Assembly: GCA_018059515.1 (NCBI GenBank)
Contig: JAGOXU010000001.1
Location: 1 to 44,109, forward strand
Direction of reading: 5' to 3'
From: Ignavibacterium sp.
Lineage (GTDB): Bacteria; Bacteroidota; Ignavibacteria; Ignavibacteriales; Ignavibacteriaceae
Length of the DNA: 44,109 nucleotides
Position numbers and translations under genes: made by a program. The notes beneath the pieces are model-generated. The model saw only the letters and a list, made by a program, of their open reading frames with translations. It had not been told where the DNA came from and made no database searches. Within the stretch, counting starts at the first letter, position 1. Every line of letters begins with the position of its first letter. This document shows, piece after piece, positions 29,945-37,780 of the stretch.

Positions 29945-31687
29945 TTATTTTAGAAGTGTCATTTTTCTTGTTTGAGTGAAGCTATTAGTTTCAATCTTGT
30001 AGATATAAATTCCACTTGAAAGATTTTGTGCATCAAAATTTAGAGTGTAAGAACCAGCAGCTCTAAATCCGTTAACAAGTGTTTTAACTTCCTGACCAAG
30101 TAGATTGTAAACAGCAAGTTTAACATTTCCTGCTTCAGGTAAGTTAAATTTTATAGATGTAGTTGGGTTAAATGGATTTGGATAATTTTGAGATAATTCA
30201 AATCTATTTGGTGTTAAAACCTCAACTTCAACAACTTTTGAATATTCAAAAGTACCATCAAAATCAACTTGTTTTAATCTGTAATTGTATTTACCTGTGG
30301 AAAGATTGTTATCTGAATAGGAATAATTTCTTATTTCAGAAGTAGTACCGAATCCAGGAACAAATCCAACATTTACCCAATTTGATGTTGAAGATTTTCT
30401 TTCGATGTTAAAACCAGCATTGTTTAATTCTGTTGCAGTCGTCCAGTTAAGATTAACTGAAGTTCCACTTAAAGAAGCGTTAAATGCGGTTAATTCAACA
30501 GGTACAACGTGGTTTCCTAAATATGTTAAAGTATTTTGTGGATAAACCAACCATTCAGAGTCAAGTGAATCAGTACCAGCAGAAACGACCCAATCAGTAG
30601 TTCCCATCAATATTGATGGTTTTCTAACTAAAGTATGCTCAGCAGTTGCGTTAGCTATACCTGCAACAGTCCAAGCTGTACCAGGATCAACTCCTAAGAC
30701 ACCGATAACATCAATTGGTGTCCAAACACTTGCAACATCTTTTTCTAATGCCATATAATCATCACCATTATAAAAAGTAATTGCGCCAGTATCAAGATCA
30801 GCAACTGCTATAATTAGTGGATCAGCTTGTGGATTGGCAACTACATATACATTACCTGCACCTAATGTACCACTTAATGGTTGTATATATTGGATTGAAT
30901 CCGCTCCATTATTAGCACGAACTAATCTATAATTAGATAGATCAATAGATGCGTTCGTTGGATTATAAATTTCCATAGCTTTATTATTGCCTGAGCCTTC
31001 AATGTATTCAGAAATAAATAAATCCGAAACTGCACCAGCATCTCCAATTACTTCAAACAAATCTAATCCAACGTAATCAGATGTTGTACCAGCAGGACCA
31101 CCAGTTGTAGTATAATATCTAACTGCAAATCTAACAGCACCTGAAGTTGGGAAGGTTCCTACAAATTGCTGCCAACCGGTAATAGAACTCATAAAGGAAG
31201 ATAATTGAACATCAAAATTTGTATGAGTTGTTCCTCCGGTGGTCGATACCCAAACTTCAAGTGGATCTGCCCAAGTGCTTCCATCAGGTGATCGATGCCA
31301 AAACTTAAGTGTATCGCCAGCAGTAACAGTTACAGTTGGTGAAATCAACCACTGATCAATTAAAAGTCCACCTCCAAAAGCTCCATTATAATTCTGTCCA
31401 ATATACCCGGTTGTTGGACCTTCGTATGCAGGAAATACAGTTTCATTCCCTTGGAATACTGTCGTTACACCAGCGCCATCAACATCCTCAAATATCCATC
31501 CTCTTGTCTGGATTCCTGTTAAAGTGTTGTCACCATTCATATCATCCACAAATAGAACTGCTTCGCTTGGGATATGAGAAACCGGAGTGTTTTTAAAGTT
31601 GTCTTGGTTTGTTCTACTGTTTTGAGCATTTATCATCAATGTAAAGATGAAAATTGAAAAAAAGAGAGTGTAGAGTGTTTTTTGCAT
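29945..31687 (-). CDS. secreted T9SS cargo protein: choice-of-anchor-J-like domain + lamin-tail (LTD) domain + shared pre-CTD module + T9SS C-terminal sorting domain
   Basis: Signal peptide. LTD motif [34 protein letters not shown]-terminal ...[17 protein letters not shown]...[22 protein letters not shown] (Por_Secre_tail type). Confidence 0.8.
   Translation of the reverse strand: MQKTLYTLFFSIFIFTLMINAQNSRTNQDNFKNTPVSHIPSEAVLFVDDMNGDNTLTGIQTRGWIFEDVDGAGVTTVFQGNETVFPAYEGPTTGYIGQNYNGAFGGGLLIDQWLISPTVTVTAGDTLKFWHRSPDGSTWADPLEVWVSTTGGTTHTNFDVQLSSFMSSITGWQQFVGTFPTSGAVRFAVRYYTTTGGPAGTTSDYVGLDLFEVIGDAGAVSDLFISEYIEGSGNNKAMEIYNPTNASIDLSNYRLVRANNGADSIQYIQPLSGTLGAGNVYVVANPQADPLIIAVADLDTGAITFYNGDDYMALEKDVASVWTPIDVIGVLGVDPGTAWTVAGIANATAEHTLVRKPSILMGTTDWVVSAGTDSLDSEWLVYPQNTLTYLGNHVVPVELTAFNASLSGTSVNLNWTTATELNNAGFNIERKSSTSNWVNVGFVPGFGTTSEIRNYSYSDNNLSTGKYNYRLKQVDFDGTFEYSKVVEVEVLTPNRFELSQNYPNPFNPTTSIKFNLPEAGNVKLAVYNLLGQEVKTLVNGFRAAGSYTLNFDAQNLSSGIYIYKIETNSFTQTRKMTLLK
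29994..30280. repeat. copy 1 of a ~287-nt near-identical direct repeat (CTD-coding 3' module)
   Basis: Aligns without gaps to 31949-32235 at a constant offset of 1955 nt. I counted about 11 mismatches by eye. Confidence 0.85.
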
Positions 31688-31848
31688 GATTTACCTCTAA
31701 GTAAGTTTATTAAATAATTTATTAAGATTTATATTCACCTAAAAATAACAAAACATTCCTTAAATGTGAAGTAAATTGATGGTATTAATGCTTTTATAAT
31801 ACCAAAGTTGGCAGATGATTGGTTAATATGAGTGAAGTGAGAAACACT

Positions 31849-31876
31849 AAAAAGGCTCAGTTACCCGAGCCTTTTT
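31849..31876 (-). terminator. rho-independent terminator of the cupredoxin T9SS gene
   Basis: On the minus strand the sequence is ggctcgg-gtaa-ctgagcc followed by ttttt, about 25 nt after the stop codon. Confidence 0.65.
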
Positions 31877-31899
31877 GCATGTAAAAAAAATACTTGTGG

Positions 31900-33450
31900 C
31901 TATTTTAGCAATGTCATTTTACGAGTTTGAACAAAATTACCCGATTCGATCTTGTAGATATAAATTCCACTTGAAAGATTTTGCGCATCAAAATTTAGAG
32001 TGTAAGAACCAGCGGCTCTAAATCCATTAACGAGTGTTTTAACTTCCTGACCAAGTAAATTGTAAACAGCAAGTTTTACATTTCCTGCTTCAGGTAAGTT
32101 AAATTTTATAGATGTAGTTGGGTTAAATGGATTTGGATAATTTTGAGATAATTCAAATCTATTTGGTGTTACAACTTCAACTTCAACAATTTTTGAGTAT
32201 TCAAAAGTACCATTAAAATCAACTTGTTTTAATCTATAGCTGTAGTTTCCAGCAACTAAATTATTATCGGTGTATGAATAATTCTTTATTTCTGATATTG
32301 TTCCACTGCCTTTAACAAAACCGATAGTAACAAAATTTTCGCCGGAATTCCTCTGAACTTCAAATCCGTTATTATTTATTTCAGTTGCAGTTGTCCAATT
32401 TAATGTAACAGATTTTCCATTTACCGATGCAGCAAAAGAAGTTAATTCGACAGGAACAATTGATTCCCAAACAGTACCTAATCTAAAACCGTCAACTATT
32501 ACATTTTGAGCTGCATTGTATTTACGAATATTGATTGAGCCAGGATTAATGTCTGCGGATGTTGTTCCATTTACAATTGGGCCAATCGTTGGTGTTGAGG
32601 GTTCAGTAAGTGGAGCTGGCGCGCTGTTATCGAAAATATATAATGAAACAATGTCATTAAGAGCACCATCAACTACTTGGTATTTTGCGACAACAAGTAA
32701 AGTATCCCCTAAGCTATAATCAAAATTTGTGAATGTGGTATCACTGCTTGCATAACTAAATCCAACAGCCAATCCATTGCTTCCATTTGTTTTCAGCCAA
32801 ACTCTCGCTCTAAAATCAAATGTATTGTGAGGGTTTGGAGCTAAATGTAAAAAATAACCAGTAGGAGCACCGGTAACACTCATCATAAATGAAACATATA
32901 CAGAACCACTGGTAACTAACGGAAATAATCTATGAATATCTTCGCTATTTCCAGAAATTAATGCTGCATTGCCAATTCCAGATGAAGGGTATCCTGGAAA
33001 TATTAATCCGCCATCATTAACTGTATTAGGATTTGTACCACCAGCACTATGAGCAGTCCAACCATGTAGAGTTAGATTATCATTAGCCGGAAAATCAAAT
33101 TCTTCTGAGAACGGAAAAGGTATTGCAGTAGAGAAAGATCCTCTCATTGTTATTGGATGGAAAGAACAGAGATACTCATAAATTCCTGGAACAGTAATTA
33201 CATAACTGAATGAATCACCAACTCCTGTAAATGTATAATCCCAAGTTGCTGCTCCAACTGGAACAGATGTAGAAGTTGTTGTATGTGTGCCACTAACTAA
33301 AGTCCATGTAATTGTATCTCCCACAACAGCATCAAAAGAAATAACTGAAAATGCAAAATTACTAACATCAATATTAATTGTTGTACTATTTGCAGGGGTT
33401 ACAAAAATGAACGAAAGTAGGAAACTGAAAAATATTAGATTTTTTTTCAT
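31900..33450 (-). CDS. secreted T9SS cargo protein: N-terminal cupredoxin (type-1 copper) domain + jelly-roll-like domain + shared pre-CTD module + T9SS CTD
   Basis: Signal peptide. Cupredoxin pattern [16 protein letters not shown] ... [16 protein letters not shown] (His, then Cys-x2-His-x3-Met). The CTD is identical in protein sequence to the upstream paralogue over ~75 aa. Confidence 0.8.
   Translation of the reverse strand: MKKNLIFFSFLLSFIFVTPANSTTINIDVSNFAFSVISFDAVVGDTITWTLVSGTHTTTSTSVPVGAATWDYTFTGVGDSFSYVITVPGIYEYLCSFHPITMRGSFSTAIPFPFSEEFDFPANDNLTLHGWTAHSAGGTNPNTVNDGGLIFPGYPSSGIGNAALISGNSEDIHRLFPLVTSGSVYVSFMMSVTGAPTGYFLHLAPNPHNTFDFRARVWLKTNGSNGLAVGFSYASSDTTFTNFDYSLGDTLLVVAKYQVVDGALNDIVSLYIFDNSAPAPLTEPSTPTIGPIVNGTTSADINPGSINIRKYNAAQNVIVDGFRLGTVWESIVPVELTSFAASVNGKSVTLNWTTATEINNNGFEVQRNSGENFVTIGFVKGSGTISEIKNYSYTDNNLVAGNYSYRLKQVDFNGTFEYSKIVEVEVVTPNRFELSQNYPNPFNPTTSIKFNLPEAGNVKLAVYNLLGQEVKTLVNGFRAAGSYTLNFDAQNLSSGIYIYKIESGNFVQTRKMTLLK
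31949..32235. repeat. copy 2 of the ~287-nt near-identical direct repeat
   Basis: See copy 1 (29994-30280). Confidence 0.85.
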
Positions 33451-33624
33451 TTGGGATCCTTTTAAATGTTATTAAATAATTTCAGATAGTTTAATTGTGC
33501 TATTAAAATAAAAAAACATATGTATAAAGGGAAGCCCGAATGAAAATTTATTTTTTAAAATTCGCAATGTGATGATCATACAAAATTAGATCAAAAACAC
33601 ACCTGCGGGAGTTTTTTTTTGATT

Positions 33625-34884
33625 TTATTTAACCAGCGTCATCTTTCGTGTTTGTGTAAATGATCCAGCCTCTAATTTATAAATGTATATTCCGCTGTTA
33701 AGATTGCCTGCATCAAAATTAATTGTGTGCGCACCAGCTTCTTTTGATTCATTAACAAGTGTTTTAACTTCCTGACCAAGTAAATTAAAAATTATTAGTT
33801 TTACAATTCCTGCTTGCGGCAAGGTAAAATTAATTGTTGTATTCGGATTAAATGGATTTGGATAGTTTTGATTAAGCGTATAGTCTAAAGATCTGGTAAA
33901 TAAAACTTCAACTAATTTTGAATATGCAAATTGTCCATCATTATCTATCTGTCTTAATCGATATAAATATTTTCCATCATTAACATTCTTATCTACAAAA
34001 GCGTAGTCTTTTGGTGAGTTTGAATTTCCACTTCCATTTATAAAACCGATATTCTCCCAAACTCGTAGGGGCGAAGCAGAGAGGGAAGCCCTCTCAATAT
34101 CAAATCCAAAATTGTTTACTTCCGTTTCAGTTCTCCAATTTAACTTAATTCCATTTGTTAATAGAGAAGCTGAGAAAGATGAAAGTTCAACAGGCAAGGC
34201 ACTTTGATTATAATTTAGTGCACCTGGTGTGCTCATACTTCGAGTATAGCCTGCTGTCGTTGTCCAAAGCCTTGAAAAATCTTCACCGATCATTGAAATA
34301 CTTCCTACTGGTGTAGATTCAGGACCATCTACTAATGGAAATTGGATACCGTCAATTTTTCCTACTCCAACAGTAAAATTTTGTTGATTCCATTGGTATC
34401 CTTCTAGTTCCAACTTATTCACTATCATTTCAGGAGCAAATTCTGAAACCGATAGTTCATAACAAACTCCATGCACTAATAAACCAGTTTCATGATGAAC
34501 TACCAAAACACCCCCTAAATTGTTGGTCAAACCCATTTCACTTTCAACAATTTGGGTTGTTATCCCATTGGGAATAAGCGCAGAATTTTCAAGTTGTGAG
34601 CTATTACTGGTCAGAACAATAAAAAAACCTTTTCCATTATCTGAGTTTGTTGAGCTTATACTACCACTCAATTGATTATAGGTGTTAGCAGTAAATAAAC
34701 CGTCGTTGTGATAAAATACTATTCCGTATTCACTCATATCAGTTCCAACCGGTGCAACTATCTCTATGAATTCATCTACATCGTTTAAACTATTATAACT
34801 AAATTCATTTATCCAAACATCCTGCGAAAACGAAAGACTTGTTAATAAAATTGTTAATAAAAAAATGTAAAAAGAGTTTTTCAT
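33625..34884 (-). CDS. secreted T9SS cargo protein: N-terminal LTD-like domain + shared pre-CTD module + T9SS CTD
   Basis: Signal peptide. VWINEFSYNSLNDVDEFIEIVAPVGTDMSEYGIVFY resembles the N-terminal LTD of ExeM/NucH-type nucleases. C-terminal [16 protein letters not shown]...[22 protein letters not shown]. Confidence 0.75.
   Translation of the reverse strand: MKNSFYIFLLTILLTSLSFSQDVWINEFSYNSLNDVDEFIEIVAPVGTDMSEYGIVFYHNDGLFTANTYNQLSGSISSTNSDNGKGFFIVLTSNSSQLENSALIPNGITTQIVESEMGLTNNLGGVLVVHHETGLLVHGVCYELSVSEFAPEMIVNKLELEGYQWNQQNFTVGVGKIDGIQFPLVDGPESTPVGSISMIGEDFSRLWTTTAGYTRSMSTPGALNYNQSALPVELSSFSASLLTNGIKLNWRTETEVNNFGFDIERASLSASPLRVWENIGFINGSGNSNSPKDYAFVDKNVNDGKYLYRLRQIDNDGQFAYSKLVEVLFTRSLDYTLNQNYPNPFNPNTTINFTLPQAGIVKLIIFNLLGQEVKTLVNESKEAGAHTINFDAGNLNSGIYIYKLEAGSFTQTRKMTLVK
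34060..34089 (-). repeat. GC-rich 30-nt in-frame segment (ASLSASPLRV) in the ER-loop of the pre-CTD module
   Basis: 18 of 30 bases are G+C, against AT-rich flanks. Contains the gaggg-aag-ccctc hairpin. The loop is about 5 aa longer than in the two upstream paralogues. Confidence 0.55.
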
Positions 34885-35145
34885 AAGAGTCTCTTAATTG
34901 TTGATAAATATTTTTATTGATTTATTTTGCATAAAAATGCATTACTATTTATCCACATTATCGAAAGTTTTTGAAAAATATTTAGAACGAATTAAATGTT
35001 TGTTAAACTTTAATTTGCTGTAATTAAATGCCAGAAAGGCTGGTTTCGGATTGAAAAGATAGAAATTGGGAATTTAATTATTGGATGTTTTGCACAAACT
35101 GATACTTGAAAATAGTGTGGGCTACCACCATAAACAAAATAATAG

Positions 35146-35172
35146 AAAAAAAAAGACTCAGTTTTCTGAGCC
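35146..35172 (-). terminator. rho-independent terminator of the 742-aa T9SS gene
   Basis: On the minus strand the sequence is ggctcag-aaaa-ctgagtc followed by T9. Confidence 0.8.
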
Positions 35173-35200
35173 TTTTTAATTTTTAGTTTTGATTTTTAAA

Positions 35201-37429
35201 TTATTTAACTAATGTCATCTTACGAGTTTGAGTTAAACCGTTTGTTTCAATTTTATAGATATAAATTCCACTGTTTAATTTGCTTGCATTAAAATGGACT
35301 GTATGAACTCCGGATTCTTTAAATCCATTTACAAGAGTTTCTATTTCCTGTCCAAGCAAATTATATAAAGTTAATTTTACATTCGAGGCTTCGGGTAAAG
35401 AAAAACTAATTGTTGTTGCGGGATTAAAAGGGTTTGGATAATTTTGAGATAACTCAAATTTCTTTACACCATTTATATCAACATCAATAATTTTAGAATA
35501 CTCAAATTGTCCATCGTTATCAATTTGCTTTAAGCGATAAGAATACTTTCCCGAAGAAACTCCTTGCCTACCGGCAGGCAGGTTATTATCAACAAAAGAA
35601 TAATCCTTTGGAGAATTTGAATTTCCATTACCATTTACAAAACCAATCTTCTCATAATTGCTGACTGTTGACTGTTGACTGCCGACTTTGCGCTCAACTT
35701 CAAATCCATAGTTATTTATTTCCGTTGCTGTTTTCCAGTTTAGCTTAACTGTTGAGCCAATTATTGCCGCGGAAAATGATGATAATTCAACCGGAAGAGC
35801 GGGTGGAAAACCAAGTGTCCAATCTGAAAATGATGATATGCCGGATATAAAAACAGTGTTATTAATAAAGTCATAATCGGGTGTATTGTTTGTACCTGTA
35901 GGAAAAGCCCATCCACTGCTGTAACGGCTTAACTCGTATTGAGTCTCATCACCAATAACATCTGCATCTAAATAATTAAAAGTTAAATCAGTAGATGTTA
36001 AACCACCATTTGTAAGTTTCCAATACATTTGTAATACATTTGTTCCGATTACATTTGGATGTGCACCGGCAACAGCACTTACTGAAAAGCTTCCGCTCCC
36101 AACAACATTGCTTAATGTTACAGGAGTATTTTTAGTGGATGAAGTTCCGACAGGGAATAAAACGCTTGCAGCATTTGAAATCCATCTATTAAAATTTCCT
36201 ATAACAGTTCCGGCTGAGCTGTTTAGTATGCCTAAATTAGTAACACTTGTGCCGAGTGAGATAGAATTTGAATTTGTAAATAAATTCCCACTGACTAAGT
36301 TTAATGTGCCATTAACCAAAGTATTTGAACTAAGTGTAATACCTGCTGAGTTATTTACTGTTAAGCTTTTTACAGATGCAGGTAAGCCATTTCCAGTAAC
36401 TTGTGCTGTATTTCCGTTGAAAACATAGTTTGCATATTGATTAAAAGTTCGAGTTCCTGTCATTTGAATATTACCTGAAGCTCCAGAAATCGAAATTCCA
36501 TCCGCAGAACCAATTTGCAATGTTCCACCTCCACCAAGAGAAAAGTCTCCGGAACCAGATAAATAATAATTTGCACAAACTAATGTTCCATTTACAATTG
36601 TGCTACTATTTCTATTTGTAATGTTGGCTGTTAAGTTAACGGTAGCACCCGCAACAATCTCAACGGATTGATTTTGATTGGGAACATTTCCGCCAATCCA
36701 TGTACTTCCAGTACTCCAATTACCACCGGTTGTTGTGCTTAAGATTTTATTAGTGGAAGGAAGTTGAACTATATTATAATCATCAACATACATTTCATCA
36801 GTTAATGCAGCTCCAAAAAAATCAATTCCATCCAATCTTTTATCATTAGAAGTTCCAAATGTTCCTTTTGACCATTGCCATTTATGAATAAAAGTTCCAT
36901 TGATATAAAATTTTCCAGAGTCTGCACTTAAATCGGCAACAATTTTTATTGGGAACCATTGATTTTGTGGATATGTAAACGAGGCTGCATTTTGTCCGGC
37001 GGCATCTAACCTACCATTTCCGTTTGTGTTTAGATAAACTTGCATTGCCCAAGCATAAGTTGGTGGATTAAAATTTGCAAGTGTATTAAAATAACCGGAT
37101 TTTCCAGTTGGAATAAAAACCTGGAAATTTACTTCGGCGATTCCAGAAGAAATAGGTGTTCCTATTTCTTTTACGATGTCATTACTATCTATGATAACAA
37201 CTGAGTTGGCTCCGCTGAACGAATAATTAGTTGAAATTAATGCATCTTCTCTAAGATTGCAGGGGAGATTACTCCAGGTTTTCCAAACTCCGGCACTTTG
37301 ACATGCAATTTGCTGCCCCGCAGTATAACCATCAAAATTGTCTTGAAAAACAACTGTTTGGCTTAGGGCAAGTGTGGATAATAAAATTGCTATTATAAAA
37401 CTTAGATAAAAGATGTAAATCTTGTTCAT
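35201..37429 (-). CDS. secreted T9SS cargo protein: LamG/jelly-roll-like N-domain + Gly/Asn-rich beta-helix-like repeats + shared pre-CTD module + T9SS CTD
   Basis: Signal peptide. The middle region is rich in G-x-N/T repeats (GGNWSTGSTWIGGNVP..., NGTLNLVSGNL...). C-terminal [17 protein letters not shown]...[22 protein letters not shown]. Confidence 0.75.
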   Translation of the reverse strand: MNKIYIFYLSFIIAILLSTLALSQTVVFQDNFDGYTAGQQIACQSAGVWKTWSNLPCNLREDALISTNYSFSGANSVVIIDSNDIVKEIGTPISSGIAEVNFQVFIPTGKSGYFNTLANFNPPTYAWAMQVYLNTNGNGRLDAAGQNAASFTYPQNQWFPIKIVADLSADSGKFYINGTFIHKWQWSKGTFGTSNDKRLDGIDFFGAALTDEMYVDDYNIVQLPSTNKILSTTTGGNWSTGSTWIGGNVPNQNQSVEIVAGATVNLTANITNRNSSTIVNGTLVCANYYLSGSGDFSLGGGGTLQIGSADGISISGASGNIQMTGTRTFNQYANYVFNGNTAQVTGNGLPASVKSLTVNNSAGITLSSNTLVNGTLNLVSGNLFTNSNSISLGTSVTNLGILNSSAGTVIGNFNRWISNAASVLFPVGTSSTKNTPVTLSNVVGSGSFSVSAVAGAHPNVIGTNVLQMYWKLTNGGLTSTDLTFNYLDADVIGDETQYELSRYSSGWAFPTGTNNTPDYDFINNTVFISGISSFSDWTLGFPPALPVELSSFSAAIIGSTVKLNWKTATEINNYGFEVERKVGSQQSTVSNYEKIGFVNGNGNSNSPKDYSFVDNNLPAGRQGVSSGKYSYRLKQIDNDGQFEYSKIIDVDINGVKKFELSQNYPNPFNPATTISFSLPEASNVKLTLYNLLGQEIETLVNGFKESGVHTVHFNASKLNSGIYIYKIETNGLTQTRKMTLVK
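35555..35578 (-). repeat. 24-nt in-frame insertion (PAGRQGVS) resembling the core of the intergenic palindromic element at 4754-4773
   Basis: The coding strand reads cctgcctgccggtaggcaagg, against cctgtctgccgataggcagg at 4754-4773. The other four paralogues lack these 8 codons (NNL-[PAGRQGVS]-SGKYSY versus KNVLAGKYSY and similar). Confidence 0.6.
35661..35686 (-). repeat. three tandem heptamers TGACTG(T/C) in frame (VGSQQSTVS) in the ER-loop of the pre-CTD module
   Basis: The plus strand reads c-tgactgt-tgactgt-tgactgc-cgac. It sits at the same loop position as the segments at 34060 and 38220. Confidence 0.65.
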
Positions 37430-37694
37430 TTATTAAATCCTAATTTTTTTTTCAGAAACACGGTTGATATTCAAATAAAATGCCCAACTTGTTACCCATA
37501 AATAAGTAAAGGTACTGAAATAAACAAACATTTTAATTTATATAACCTATTAGAATCAAGGAAGTTATACCATTTAGCTAAGAAAAAAGTTGAGAAATTA
37601 TTTCACCAATAAACAGTTGACCAAGTTAAGCTTGTGTAAAAAATGCTGATTGTAATATTTTTTTAATTCTAATAAGGACTTTACAAAGGAGGGA

Positions 37695-37722
37695 AGAAAA
37701 CGGGCTCAGTGGTCTGAGCCCG
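37695..37722 (-). terminator. rho-independent terminator of the BNR-repeat T9SS gene
   Basis: On the minus strand the sequence is cgggctcag-acca-ctgagcccg followed by ttttcttcc. Confidence 0.7.
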
Positions 37723-37780
37723 CTATTTTTTAGGTTATTATAGTCACATAAATAACTATTTACTATAACGACATTTGTCG

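Noticed and set aside
29994-32235. The near-identical repeat pair as a diversity-generating retroelement template/variable repeat pair.
   Set aside because: There is no reverse transcriptase in the window. The ~11 mismatches are a mix of transitions and transversions and are not restricted to adenine positions. The repeat encodes the conserved sorting domain, not a variable ligand-binding surface.
33440-33447. Homopolymer tracts as phase-variation switches: A8 in codons 2-4 of the cupredoxin gene, a 9-nt T run (A9 on the coding strand) at 37445-37453 upstream of the 742-aa gene, and T9/A9 runs near 33613 and 35146.
   Set aside because: MKKK-type N-termini and A/T runs are expected at this frequency in a ~33 % GC genome. 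Two of the runs are simply terminator U-tracts. Nothing in a single sequence shows length variation.
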